64,000 bases of DNA from the human T2T-CHM13v2.0 reference genome, Homo sapiens, in the NCBI RefSeq assembly GCF_009914755.1, contig NC_060932.1; one strand, 5' to 3'. Position 1 is the first letter of the stretch. Each line of letters begins with the position of its first letter. Both the position numbers and the translations under genes were made by a program. The notes beneath the pieces were generated by a model, which was not told where the DNA came from, made no database searches, and saw nothing but the letters and a program-made list of their open reading frames with translations. Below are positions 43,278 through 61,478 of the stretch, in pieces.

Positions 43278-44580
43278 CACCAACATCTTCACTATCAGCA
43301 ACACCATCACCATCAGCAACACCATCACTATCAACAACATCATAACGATCACCAGCATTATCACCATCACCAACACCATCATCATCACCATCCCCAGTAT
43401 CAGCACCATCACCATCCCCAGCATCCTCACCAACCCCAGCATCATCATAATCACCAACACCATCACCATCACCAACATTATCACAACCCCAGCATCATCA
43501 CCATCCACAGCATCATCACCATCACCAGCGTCATCACCATCCTCACCATCCTCAGCATCATCACCATCACCAGCATCAACACCATCACCAGCACCATCAC
43601 CATCACCAACATCATCACCATCACCCATCACCAGCATCATCACCATCCCCAGCATCATCACCATCACCAGCATCATCACCATCCCCGGCATCATCACCAC
43701 CCCTAGCATCATCACCATCTTCAGCATCATCACCATCACCAACATCATCACCATCATGAGCATCATCACCATCACCAGCATCATCACCATCACCAGTGTC
43801 ATCACCATCATCAGCATCATCACCATCACCAACACCATCACACCATCACCAATATCATCACCATTCCCAGCGTCATCACCATTACCAACATTGTCACCAT
43901 CACTAACACCATCACCATCCCCAAGGTCATCATCACCAACATCATCACCATCACCATCCCCAGCATCATCACCATCCCCAGCATCATCACCATCCCTGGC
44001 ATCATCACAATCCCTGCCATCATCACCATCACCGGCATCATCACCATCCCTGGCATTATCACCATCACCGGCATCATCACCATCACCGGCATCATCACTA
44101 TCACCGGCATCATCACCATTATCATCCGCAGCATCATCACCATCCCCAGCATCATCACCATTACCAGCATCCTCACCATCCCCAGCGTCATCACCGTCAC
44201 CAGCATTATCACCATCCCCAGTATCATCACCATCTTCAGCCTCATCGCCATCTCCATCATCATCACCATCACCAGTATCATCACCATCACCATCCCCAGC
44301 ATCATCACCATCCTCAGCATCATCACCATCCTCAGCCTCATCACCATCACCAGCATCATCACCATCACCATCCCCAGCATCATCACCATCCTCAGCATCA
44401 TCACCATCCTCAGCCTCATCACCATCACCAGCATCATCACCATAACCAACATCATCACCATCACCAACACCATCGCCATCCCCAGCATTATCACCACCCT
44501 CCGCATCTTCACCACCACCAGCATCATCACCATCACCAACATCATCATCATCACTAGCATCATCATTATTATTATCATAA
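43278..44580 (+). repeat. ~1.3-kb (CAT/CAC/CAG) VNTR with an 18-bp superunit ~CCATCACCAGCATCATCA
   Basis: Direct reading; generates the low-complexity His-, Ser/Pro- and Ile/Thr-rich ORFs. Confidence 0.97.
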
Positions 44581-47289
44581 TAATATTACTGAGTCTAACA
44601 AATGTCCTATAAGGCAGAGAAGGCATTATCATCCCCATTTTTAAGGTAAAAATTGAACCTCATCAAGTCTATTAGGAAATACCTGATTATTCCAATGTAA
44701 CTTATTATGCAGAGTTGCCTTTTCTGATAAATGAAAGCTGCTTCCATAAGCAGAATTGTTAACAGAAGGGTTTTCAGCAGGCAAACAATCCCAGCTTGGA
44801 ACCTGCCTATGGCTCTTATTTCTCAGCATAATATACCATTAGGGACAGACTCAGGAAAAATGCCCAATAAGTCCAAATCCTGTGTCCTGTGTCCATCAGG
44901 CCAGACTGTATAATCCTGAGCATTCAGCCAGCATTATTTATATTCTATAATCATTTAGATCTACTCTCCTATTGGATCCTCAACATCTCTGTTCAGGACA
45001 GCCACCTAGTGTGCAGAGCCCTGTCAGTATAAACAATTTCATTAAATGACACATTGCACAATTTTTGCACTCATGTGATTTAGAGGGAATAATCAAGAAG
45101 AATTTAGAATAAGGCAGAGAAAAGATACTTGCATATTTGCTTAATGTCTTATGCATATGAAGATTCTAGTAGAGCATGGCACAATCTCTTCCTTTCAGTT
45201 ATCTTCTTTCTTGTCAGATGCGCCATTCCTGGATAATTTCATATCTCCCAGTGGCAGAAAAGGCAGCAACACAGTTTTTACTCACAGTGCCATGGCTCTT
45301 CAGAACCTATTTGCATGGAAATGACACCAGTCACCTTGCCTCTGCAGTCTCCTAATGCAATTTATCTGATGCTGGGTCTGTCTCACTCATGATGCTGTGT
45401 CACCTGCCATGCTGCCGTGAACACTGGATGCCAGTGACTCTCCCAAGAGTTACTGTTGTGCTTCATTCACAGTGACCATAGATTCAAGTGTATCCAGAGT
45501 GTGCAGAATGTGAACAATAATTTAATTTCTGCCCCATTAACTTAACTCTCAGAATTTTACAACACACGTGGAGAACAACACATTTTTCTCTTGACTTCCT
45601 CGGGTCATAACCACGGTGCTGCTAGACATGATCTCTTCCAATGTTGGTTTTGCTCCTGCCTGCCACTCAGTACCAGCAGGGAGAAGAGGCAGGGGCTTGT
45701 GGAGGAGTGAGAGCTGTGGACCCACTCACACATGGGATGCCTGTTTCTGGCCCAGGCAGGGTTTGGGAGCAACCTGGGAGAGAGTAAGTTTACCATAGCA
45801 ATGAGAAACAAGGGAGAATGTTGATCAGAAGATCGGAAGGACCAATAAGTATTATGTGACCACAACCTGCAAAGTCCTCTGAGGGGGTAGCCTAGAGGAC
45901 TGCCTGGCATTTGAGTTGGGGTCTCTGTGTAGAGGTTGATGTCCCTGGATACTAGAGGCAGAGGCTACATAGGGTAAAGAATGCCTGCCACTGGCCCTGC
46001 CACCCTCACAGCTATAGTCCAGAGGTGGTACTGTAGTCAGAATATGGACAGGCCAGAGCACACTCATGTGCCCCCACTTGGCTCAAGCCCAAGTACTAGA
46101 GGTGGGGCCTCCACAGCTGGAGCCCTGAACTAACTCATCCTGTGCCCAATGTGAGAGTCACCCAAAATTAGCATGTTACCATTCTAGTAGCCCAGTCTTG
46201 TGTGATTCTTTGAGACAAATTCTAATCCACCCAATGAGAGAAATCTACCTCCTGGATCTGGGGACCTGGGATGACCCCACTGAACAAGTCCTAGAGCTGC
46301 TCCTTGAGGCATCTGATCAACCCCATGTGTGGGCTACAGGGTCGGAGCATGCCCTGACATGGGGGAAGTGGGTTCTGGTATGAGTTCAGGGCATCCTGTT
46401 CAGATGGCACTGTCAGCCCTGGCTGGGCCTAACTACAGGAAGAAGATTTATAAAATTTTGCTTAAGGCAGTTCCAGGCCAGGACCCCTGAGGCATGGAGT
46501 TCTGGGCCAGGACCCCACTTGCTTAGGTCTAAGGAGGTGCCCTCCCTGTGAAGCTATCAGGGCAGACCTGATTCTGTTTGACAAATGAGAACCGGAGGTG
46601 CAGAAGGTTTATGAGCCCTGCCCAAGTCGCCCAGCAGACCCACTCCATTATAGAGCTGAGACTGGAGCCTGGGTCTTCAGCCTCCTGCTCAGTGTCTCCC
46701 TCTACTGTGCTGAAGCTCTGAGCCACTGCCCTTTAACATGCATGGACTCCTGCCCAGTTTCACTGTGTGGTAGTGGGTGTGTGTGCAGGTGGGAGTGATT
46801 TCTTTCCAGAAGTAGCTTGCTATAGTAAATAGACCAGGGCTGATAATCAAAGAAGTGGGTTCTAACCTTATCCCTGATATTCATGTTCACAGCTTTTGAA
46901 TATCTACCTTGAGTCAGGTGCTATGTTTATATGCTTCCTATTGATTCTTCACAGCAACACAATGAATTAGATACTATTATGACTGCCTTACAGGTGAGGA
47001 AAGTTAGCTTCAGAGAGAAGGGATTTGTTCAAAGTCATAGACTGGCAAGTGGTGGAGTCAGGAAAAGTCACTCTGTCTCATGGGCCTCTGCAGCCTCACC
47101 TGAGTGGTGAGTGGGGGCCTTGGGTGCCCACTTGGGCACCCAAGGATGCAACATCCTGTATTTCTGGGTGCACAGCAGAGTGGGGCACTGTGCAGGAGGC
47201 TGAAGACCGCGGCTGCAGTCTCAACTCCTGTTCTGCCTTTCATTCCCTGGAGGAAGTAATAGAAGTGACCATAAAGTCTGGCAAATGTC

Positions 47290-47581
<292 letters not shown>

Positions 47582-47947
47582 AGGCTGGCAAATGTCTGCT
47601 TCAGGTACAGGTACACCAGTGGGGAAAGCAGCAGTGAAGTCTGGGCTGTGGGGGAAATGAGTGATGTCTGGACTTGGGCATGGCTTGTAACATCCTCTGA
47701 ACTTGTTTCACCCTATGAAACGCAGAAACCAAATAATGATGTTGCAATTCTTGTTACCCCAACTTTCACTCTCTGAAGCCAAAGCCAAATTGATCCAAAT
47801 AGTGAGGGATACATCTATAAAAGTGTTTGGAGACTCAAAAAGTACTAAATACTATTATTTAAGCAATCAGTCAAAATATATTTACTGAGCTTCTACTGTT
47901 TGTCAAATGCTGCACTAGGAGCTGGGGATGCAACTGCTTTGAACAAC

Positions 47948-47988
<41 letters not shown>

Positions 47989-48014
47989 TCCCTATCTGTC
48001 TCTTGCTCTCACTC

Positions 48015-48795
<781 letters not shown>

Positions 48796-48796
48796 C

Positions 48797-49590
<794 letters not shown>

Positions 49591-50178
49591 CTACAAGAGC
49601 TATAGGACAATTGCAAAAGGTGTGACTACATGTAATAAAAATATCAGAAGGAGAAGAGAAAAAGGAACAAAAGAAACATTTGAAACAATAATGACTGAGA
49701 ACTTCCCTCAAATTAATCTCAGACAATAAATCAAAGATCCAAGAAGTTCAAACTGGATAAATGGCCAAAAAACCCTACACCTAGGCATATCATTTTCAAA
49801 CTACAGAAAATCCAAATAAAGTCCTGAAAGAAGCCAGAGGGAAAAAGCGTCTTACCAAAGCAAGGGCAAAGATAAGAATTACATCTAACCAACTTCTCAG
49901 AAACCATGCAAGCAAGAAGAAAGTAGAGTGAAGTATTTTAAATACTGAGAGGAAAAAAAAACCACACCTAGAATTCTATACTCCATAATAGTATCCTTTG
50001 AAAGTGAAGAAGAAATGCTTTCTCAAAATCGAGGAAATTTATTGCCAGTAGATCTGCCTTGTAGGAAATGTTAAAAGAAATTCTTCAGAAAAAAGGAAAA
50101 TGATATAGGTCAGAATTTTAGACTACAAAAAGAAGGGAGGAGCATCAGAGAAGAAATAAGTGATGGAAAAATAAAAAC

Positions 50179-50467
50179 TTTTTTTTTTTTGAGACAGAGT
50201 CTCACACTGTCGACAAGCTGGAGTACGGTGGCGTGATCTCAGCTCACTGCAACCTCGCCTCCCGGGTTCAAGTGATTCTCCTGCCTCGCCTCCTGAGTAG
50301 CTGGGACTACAGGCACGTGCCACTATGCCTAGCTAATTTTTGTATTTTTAGTAGAGACGAGGTTTCACCATGAGGCCAGGATGGTCTGGATCTCCTGACC
50401 TCATGATCTGCCCGCCTCGGCCTCCCAAAGTGCTGGGATTACAGGCGTGAGCCACCGCGCCCGGCAC
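50179..50467 (-). mobile_element. Alu (AluSc-like)
   Basis: Alu reverse complement. Confidence 0.92.
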
Positions 50468-51018
50468 TATTTTTCTTATTCTTAATTGATACAGTTTGTT
50501 AAAAGTAATAAAAGCAATAATGCTATTCAATTACTTATGCTTATGAATATATACTATATATGTTTATATATAAGTGATATGAATGACAGTAATGATATAA
50601 GGATTGGGAGGGAGAAATTAGGATTATTTTGTTATTGGAAGGTACATAAACTACCTGTGAAGTAGTATAGTGTTATTTGAAAGTGAGATTTGATTAGTTG
50701 TAAATGTATATTGCAAACTCTAGGGCAACCTGTGAAAAAAGAAGTATAAATGAATATGCTAAGAAAAGGAAAAAAAGAATCATATACAATGCTCAATTAA
50801 AACCAAAGAAGGCAGAAAAAGAGTAGAAGACAAAAATAAGAACAAAGACAACAAATATAAAAATAGTAATAAATATGGTAGATACTACTAGTCTAACTAT
50901 ATCAATAATCATGTTGAATGTCAGTGGTCTTAAATGCACCAATCAAAAGATTGTCAGAGTGATTTTAAAAACCTGCTTTAAATGTAAAGACACACATAGA
51001 TTAAAAGTAAATGGATAT

Positions 51019-51315
51019 CGGCCGGGCGTGGTGGCTCACGCCTGTAATCCCAGCACTTTGGGAGGCCGAGGCGGGTGGATCACAACGTCAGGAGATCGAG
51101 ACCATCCTGGCTAACATGGTGAAACCCCGTCTCTACTAAAAATACAAAAAAATTAGCCGGTCATGGTGGGAGGCGCCTGCAGTCCCAGCTACTCAGGAGG
51201 CTGAGGCAGGAGAATGGCGTGAATACACGAGGTGGAGCGTGCAGTGAGCTGACATTGCGCCACTGCACTCCAGCCTGGGAGACAGAGCGAGACTTCGCCT
51301 AAAAAAAAAAAAAAA
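51019..51315 (+). mobile_element. AluY
   Basis: TSD aaaagtaaatgg(a/c)tatc. Confidence 0.95.
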
Positions 51316-51430
51316 GTAAATGGCTATCATGCTAACACCAATCAAATGAAAGCAAGAGTAGCTATACTAATTGCAGGCAGAATAGACTTCAGAGCTAGAA
51401 GAGCTATCAAGGATAAAGAGGGGTACTACA

Positions 51431-51769
<339 letters not shown>

Positions 51770-52219
51770 TTAAAATGTATGTACCTGACAACGAAGTGTG
51801 GAAATACGTAAAGCAAAAACTGATAGAACTGCAAGGAGAAATAGATGAATCCACTGCTATAGATTGATATTTCAACTTCATAGTTTGATATTTCAACTTC
51901 AACACCTGTCTATCAGAAATGGAAGGATATAGCAGGCAGTTAGGGCATAGGTGAAAATTAGTAAGGACATAGGCGAACTCAATTCAATGTTATCAACCAA
52001 CTGGATATAACTGACATCTATAGACTACTTCATCCAAGCTCAGAAGAATGCACTTTCTTCTCAAGCTCATATGGGACATTTGCCAAGATAGCTCACATTC
52101 TGGGCCATAAAACATACCTTAACACATTTAAAAGAATAGAAATCATACAACATCTGCTCTCAGACCACAATGAAATTAAACTAAAAATCGATAATAGAAA
52201 GATAGATGGAAAATCTCAA

Positions 52220-52512
52220 TTTTTTTTTTTTTGAGATGGAGTCTCACTGTGTTGCCCAGGCTGAAGTGCAGCAGTGCGATCTTGGCTCACTGAAAACTCT
52301 GCCTCCTGGATTCAAGCAATTCTCCTGCCTCAGCCTCCTGAGTAGCTGGGACTACAGGCACGTGCCACCATGTCCAGCTAATTTTTGTATTTTTAGTAGA
52401 GATGGGTTTCACCATGTTGGCCAGGCTGGTCTCAAACTCCTGGCCTCAAGTGATCTGCACGCATCAGCCTTCCAAAGTGCTGGGATTATAGGCATGAGCC
52501 ACCGTGCCCAGA
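52220..52512 (-). mobile_element. Alu (AluS)
   Basis: TSD ggaaaatctcaa. Confidence 0.93.
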
Positions 52513-52624
52513 GGAAAATCTCAAAATATTTGAAGATTACACAAGACAGTTCTAAATAACACAAAGAAGAAAAGAAGAAAGATTTCAAAGAATAAATCTC
52601 AGGAGAAATTAGAAAATATTTTGA

Positions 52625-53117
<493 letters not shown>

Positions 53118-53137
53118 TCAAATTAAATCCAAATTTA

Positions 53138-53473
<336 letters not shown>

Positions 53474-53773
53474 TTATTATTAGTATTCATGAGACAAGAT
53501 CTCTCTGTTGCCCAAGCTGGTCTCAAACTCCTGGAATCAAGGCATCCTCTCACCTTGGCCTCCCAAAGGGCTGGAATTACAGGCATGACTCACTACACCT
53601 AAGAATTATAGGAATTACAGGCATGACCCACTACACCTAAGAAAAAATATTATATATTAATAATAAAAATATTATTAAGTAAAGGTCTTATTAAGCAGAA
53701 ATCAATGAAATTGAAAACAGAAAATAGAGAAAATCAACAAAACTAAAAGCTGGTTATTTGAAAAAAAAGATCA

Positions 53774-54208
<435 letters not shown>

Positions 54209-54222
54209 TCAAAAGGATAATA

Positions 54223-54517
54223 GGCCAGGCGCAGTGGCTCATGCCTGTAATCCCAGCACTTTGGGAGGCCGAGGTGGGCAGATCACGAGGTCAGGAGTGC
54301 AAGACCAGCCTGACCAATATGGTGAAACCCTGTCTCTACTAAAAATACAAAAATTAGCCGGGCGTGGTGACATACACCTGTAATCCCAGCTACTTGGGAG
54401 GCTGAGGCAGGAGAATTGCTTGAACCCAGGAGGCGGAGGTTGCAGTGAGTTAAGATTGCATCACTGTACTCCAGCCTGAGTAACAGAGCAAGACTCTGTC
54501 TCAAAAAAAAAAAAAAA
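54223..54517 (+). mobile_element. Alu (AluSg-like)
   Basis: TSD aaaaggataata. Confidence 0.93.
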
Positions 54518-55558
54518 GGATAATAAAGGAATACTACCAATATCTCTATGCCCACTAATTTGATAACCTAGTGAAAATGGACCAATTCCTTGAAAGACAC
54601 AATATGCCACAAGTCACCCAAGAAGAAATACACAATTTGAATAGGCCTATATCTATTAAGAAAATCAGATCAATATTTAAGCTTTCCAACACAGAAAGAA
54701 CCAAGCCCAGATGTGTTCACAGATGATATCTATCAAACATTTAAAGAAGAAATTATAAAAATTCTCTACAACCTCTTTCAGAAGGTAGAAGTAGAGGGAA
54801 TATTTCCTAACTCATTCTATGAGGCTGATATTATCTTAATGCCAAGATAAGAAAAGGACCTTACAAGGAAAAATAACTAAAGACTAATATCTCTCATGAA
54901 CATTGATATAAAACCTCAACAAAACTTAGCAAATCAAATCCAACTGTGTAGAAAAAGAATTATATACCACAACCAAGTGGGATTTATCCCAGGTTTGCAA
55001 GGCTGGCTCAACATTTGAAAATCAGTTAACATAACCCATCACATCAACAAATTAAAGAAGAAAAATAATATCATATCAGTAGATGCAGAAATAGCATTTG
55101 ACAAAATTCAGCACTCGCTCGTGATCAAAACTCCCAGTAAACTAGGAATGGGGAGGAACTTCCTCAACCTGATAAAGAATAACAACCAAAAAAATCCCTA
55201 CAGCTAACATTATACTTAAAGATGAGAAAGCAGAAACATTCCCACTAAGATCAGGAACATGGCAAGGATGTCCCCTCTCACCATTCCTTTTCAACCACAT
55301 ACTGGCAGTCCTAGGTAATGCAATAAGATAAGAAAAGGAAATAAAAGGTACACTGATTAGGAAGAAAAAAATAAAACTGTCTTTGTTCACAGATAACATG
55401 GTCCTCTAGGTAGAACATCCAAAAAGTGACAAAAACACTCCTGGAATAATAAGCACTTATAACGTGGTTGCAGGATACAAGGTTAATATACAAAATACAA
55501 TTACTTTCATGTATGCCATCGATGAACAAGTCGAATTTGAAATTAAAAACACAATACT

Positions 55559-55800
55559 GGCCAGGCATGGTGGTTCACACCTGCAATCTCAGCACTTTGG
55601 GAAGCTGAGGTGGGGGAATCGCTTGAACCCAGTAGTTCAAGACCAGTAGGAGCAACATGGCAAAACCTCATCTCTTCAAAAACATACAAAAATTAGATAG
55701 ATCTGGTGGCATGCACTTGCAGTCCCAGCTACTTGGAGGCTGAGGTAAGAGGATCACTTGAGCCTGGGAGGGTGAGGCTGCAGAGCCATGATTGCACCAC
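55559..55800 (+). mobile_element. AluJ, 3'-truncated by a deletion
   Basis: Ends abruptly at attgcaccac and resumes in L1 ORF2. Confidence 0.85.
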
Positions 55801-56432
55801 TTAGATTCAATAAAATCCCAATGAAAATCTTAATAAGTTACTCTGTCAATATTGACAAACTGATTCTATAGTTTATACTGAGAGTCAAAAGACCCAGAAT
55901 AGCCAATATAATTTTGATGAGAAAAATGTTGGGGAACTGACATTACCAGACTCTGAGTCTTACTATAATCCTTCAATAATCAAGACAGTGTGGTACTGGC
56001 AAAACAATAAACAAATAGATTAATGGAACAGAAAGCAAGCTCAGAAATAGATCCACCTATATATAGTCAACTGATCTTTCACAAAGAAGCAAAGGCAATA
56101 CAATGTAGCAAAGTTGGTCTTTTCGACAAGTGGTGCTGAGACAACTGGACATCCACCTGCAAAAGAAAAATGAATGTAGACATAGACCTTATTCATTTTA
56201 TAAGAATTAACTCAAAATGGATGACGGACCTAAGTCTAAAACTGAGAAGTATAAGACTCCTAGAATATAACATAGGGGAAAACTTAGATGACTTTGGGTT
56301 TGGTGATGACCTTTTAGACAGAACACTAAAGCCATGATCCATAAAAGAAAAATTGATAACTGGGTCATATTGAAATTAGAAACATCTGCTTCGTGAAATA
56401 CACTATCAAGAGAATTAAAAAGCCACAGACTG

Positions 56433-57231
56433 CAGCCAAAAAACACATGAAAAAATGCTCATCATTACTGGCCATCAGAGAAATGCAAATCAAAACCACA
56501 ATGAGATACCATCTCACACCAGTTAGAATGGCAATCATTAAAAAGTCAGGAAACAACAGGTGCTGGAGAGGATGTGGAGAAATAGGAACACTTTTTCACT
56601 GTTGGTGGGACTGTAAACTAGTTCAACCATTGTGGAAGTCAGTGTGGCGATTCCTCAGGGATCTAGAACTGGAAATACCATTTGACCCAGCCATCCCATT
56701 ACTGGGTATATACCCAAAGGACTATAAATCATGCTGCTATAAAGACACATGCACATGTATGTTTATTGTGGCATTATTCACAATAGCAAAGACTTGGAAC
56801 CAACCCAAATGTCCAACAATGATAGACTGGATTAAGAAAATGTGGCACATATACACCATGGAATACTATGCAGCCATAAAAAATGATGAGTTCATGTCCT
56901 TTGTAGGGACATGGATGAAATTGGAAATCATCATTCTCAGTAAACTATCACAAGAACAAAAAACCAAACACCGCATATTCTCACTCATAGGTGGGAACTG
57001 AACAATGAGATCACATGGACACAGGAAGGGGAATATCACACTCTGGGGACTGTTGTGGGGTGGGGGGAGGGGGGAGGGATAGCATCGGGAGATATACCTA
57101 ATGCTAGATGACGAGTTAGTGGGTGCAGCGCACCAGCATGGCACATGTATACATATGTAACTAACCTGCACAATGTGCACATGTACCCTAAAACTTAAAG
57201 TATAATAATAAAAAAAAACTATGAAAGAAAA
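56433..57231 (+). mobile_element. 5'-truncated L1PA2 (~0.8 kb; intact ORF2 C-terminus plus 3'UTR)
   Basis: ..[54 protein letters not shown]; gatgacgagttagtggg (non-Ta diagnostic); TSD aaaaagccacagactg at 56417-56432 and 57232-57247. Confidence 0.95.
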
Positions 57232-58464
57232 AAAAAGCCACAGACTGGCAGAAAATATTTGCGGAAGACTTATCTGTTAAAGAACTGTTATTGAAAATAT
57301 ACAAAGAAGTCTCACAATTCAACAATAGGAAAATTAGCCCATTTAAAATTAGTCAGAAAACCTTAACAGACACCTCGTCAAAGAAGATATACAAATGGCA
57401 GACAGGTATACGAAAGATGCTCCACATCATATGTCATCAAGAAAATGCAAATTTAAACAAAAATAAGATATCAGTACATGTGAATTAGAATGACCCAGAT
57501 CAGAACACTGACAGCACCAAATGCTGGTGAGGATGTGGAGCAACGGGAACTCTCATTCATTGCTGGTGGGGATGCAAAATGTTGCAGCCACTTTGGAAGA
57601 TAGTTTGGTAGTTTCTTACAAAATTAAATATACTTGTACCATGTGATCCAGCAACTGTGCTCTTTGGCATTTACCCAGAAGAACTGAAAACTTATGTTCA
57701 CACAAAACTTGCATACATATGTTTATAGCAGCTTTTGCCAAAACCTGAAAGCAACCAACATGTCCTTCAGTAGGAGAATGGATAAATAAACTGTGGTTAA
57801 TCCAGACAATGGAGTATTTTCAGCCCTGAAATGAAGTGGGTATCAAGTCATGAAAAAACATGGAGAAAAAAATGCATATTACAAAGTGAAAGAATGCAAT
57901 CTGAAAAGGTCTGTATACTGTCTGAATCCAACTATATGAAATTCTGGAAAAGGCAAAACCAAAGAAACAGTAGAAAGATCAGTGGTTGCCAGTGGTTAAG
58001 GAAGAGGGAGGGATGAGTAGGTACAGCACTGAGGATCTGGGGGCACTGAAACTACTCCATGATGCTATAATGGTGGATAAATGTCATTATACATTTGTTA
58101 AAACCAATAGAATACATAACACTAAGAGTGAACCCTAATGTAAACCATGGACTCTGGGTGATAAGAGTACGTTAATATAGGTGCATCAATTGTAACAATC
58201 AAAGGTGTTATTCTGGTGGGGATGTTGATAATGGGGAGGCTATGCATGTATGGGCAGAAGGTACATGGGAAATCTCTGTACCTTCACTCAACTTTTCTGT
58301 GAACCTAAAACTGTTCTAAAAACTGAGGTCTATTAGAAAAGAAAAGAAGCAGAAACGAAATCACTAAACAAAGTAATACATGCACTACACACTGTTAATA
58401 GTGTTGACTTGGTAATGCATACACATAGCTGTGTTTTAAAATATTTTCCCAGTCAAAATAGTAA

Positions 58465-58825
<361 letters not shown>

Positions 58826-58833
58826 TAAACACA

Positions 58834-58874
<41 letters not shown>

Positions 58875-59644
58875 ACACCTCCCTAGCTTAGCAGTGGTTC
58901 GTATATATCACTAAACACAGAGGTTCAGTATATATCACTAAAGTGTGAAGGATGTGCATCCATATGGTTAACATACTCTTTCACAAATATTATTTTCTGT
59001 ATCACATGAACCACCTGTATTAAACAAGTTCCAACGTATATTATTAAACCAAGCAGAACATGCACCCCACATGTTAAACCCAATGTCCCACACATATATC
59101 ACAATGTTGGTTACACACAATAAACTCATTAACACACATACAGAACTCTGTTAAACACAGTTTCAACTTACGTCACTAAACCACATGTATACGCATAACA
59201 CACTTCTACACACATTTCACACATATCACTCTACTCAATTAAACAGGCACTTAGCTAAGATAAATACAGTTTTTCAGCATAAATCTCTAAGTAAAGTAGT
59301 ATATGCACTCCACACTGCTAAACACAGTGTTTCCTGTGTATATTCCAATCCTCAAGATGGTATGCACCTAGTCCTGTAAGCACAGTGTTCTAACATTTCC
59401 CAAAACAAAGCAGTACCTGCACCACACACACCTCTCTTTTAAAAACTGCACATTTGGTAGGTGCTACTAACTTACCCCATATTTCATATATCCCTTATAT
59501 CACTATATGCAGGCAACACATGCACCTCTCCTAAATGCAGTTTCAAAATGTCACTAAACAAAATAGTGCACACACCTCACACTGCTAGCACAATGTTTCA
59601 CATATATATCACTACATACAGGAACACACAACACTATCTTTGTG

Positions 59645-59689
59645 GGTTTTTTGTTTGTTTGTTTTTTGTTGTTTTTTGGTTTTGGTTTT

Positions 59690-59723
<34 letters not shown>

Positions 59724-59994
59724 AGACGGAGTCTCACTCTGTTGCCAGGCTGGAGTGCAGTGGTGTGATCTCGGCTTCCTGCAACCTCTGACTCCCCGGT
59801 TCAAGCAATTCTCCTGCCTCAGCCCCCCAAGTAACTGGGATACATGCCACCACATCTGGCTAACTTTTGTATTTTTAGTAGAGACGGGGTTTCACTGTGT
59901 TGGCCAGACTGGTCTCGAACTCCTGACCTCATGATCCGCCCACCTCGGCCTCCCAAAGTGCTGGGATTACAGGCGTGAGCCACTGCGCCCAGCC
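59645..59994 (-). mobile_element. Alu (AluS) with long mixed T-tail
   Basis: TSD aacactatctt. Confidence 0.93.
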
Positions 59995-61018
59995 AACACT
60001 ATCTTCGTTAAACACAAAGTCCTACATGCCTCACACAGTGTAAACTCAACTGTTTTTCATGTGTATCATTATACTCAGTAACACTGGGCTCTGTAAACAG
60101 TGTTTCAATATATGTCACAGATAACAGCACATGTACTGCACACTGCTAAACAGGATGTTTCAAACATACATAATAATACACTTACCCACCACTCTTAAAT
60201 ATATTATGGCATATCATTTAACAAAGTAACATACACACATATTAACCCCATGTTTTTGTTTGTTTTGTATATATTCATGGGATACAAATGCAATTTTGCT
60301 ACATTGCTACATTGCATTGTGGTGAAGTCAGCCTATCCATCACTGGAGTAATACACATTGCACCCAGCAAGCAACTTCCCATCATCCACCCCTCTCTTAC
60401 TCCCACTTCAAGTCTCCTGTCCATCATTCCACACTTGGCTTAAATGCAGTGTTTCTAACACATATCTCAATACAGGGTAGCATGCTCACCTAACACTATT
60501 AAACATGCTGTTTCACATAAATCATTAAAAATGTAAGGGTCAGACTGAGGCACAAGGTACAGGTCAGGGCCAGGACAGGTTCAGGATCATGGTGAGGTTG
60601 GCTCAGGGTAAGGGTCAGGGTTAGGACAATGTTCAGCATGATTCAGGGTCATGGGATCTTCATGATGAAAATAAATGAAAGAATTCATGTCAGGGTTCAT
60701 ATCAGGATGAGGGTCAAGTTCAGAGTCAGCGTCAAAGTTATGAAGAAGGTTATATTCAATATCAGGGTGATTGCAGGACAGGGGGTGGTCAAGGTCTAGC
60801 TCTAAGTGAATGTGAGGGCACAGGGTAGAAGCAGCTCAGGGTGAGGGACACAGAATGTTCAGGATAATGGTGAGGGTCAGGCTCAGGGTCATGGTGAGGG
60901 CCAGGATAAAGTCCAGCTTCGGGTGAGTGGCCGTGTCAGGGCTGGGGCCAGGAGGAGAGTCAGTGTCAGGCTAAGGCCAAAGGAAATGTCAGACGCCCTG
61001 TCATAGTGAAGGTCAGGG

Positions 61019-61478
61019 TGTTTATTCATTTCCTAGGGTTGAATAACAAATTGACACAAACAGAATGACTTAAGACAACGGAAATTATTATCTTGTGGTT
61101 GTGCGGATCAGTCTAAAATCCAGGTGTGGGCAGGACCACACCCTCCAAAAGCTCTAGGGAAGAATCCTTCCTTACCTCTGAGGCTTCTGCAGGCTCCTAG
61201 AGTGCCTTTTCTTCTGAGCATCACTCCAATGTCTGCCTCTGTCTCCACATGGCCATCTTCCTGTGCATCTCCTCGAAGTCAGTCTCCTCCTTCTCTGTGT
61301 TTCAACATATATTCCTAAACAAATGTACACATTCAATCCACTATGAAGCAGTGTTACACACTCCCATCTCAAGGTTCTTAATTACTTCTGCAAAGACTCA
61401 ATTACCAAATCACATTCATAGACATCAAGAGTTAAGACATGGACGTACCTTTTTGAGGTCACTGTTCAACCCAGTGCA
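61019..61478 (-). mobile_element. MLT1 (MaLR) LTR
   Basis: ttcctagggttg..aacaaat..gacttaagacaacggaaatt..ctctagggaagaatccttcctt. Confidence 0.75.

Noticed and set aside
45468-45510. CACAGTG heptamer outside the V segments
   Set aside because: No nonamer at 12 or 23 nt and no V/J coding sequence adjacent
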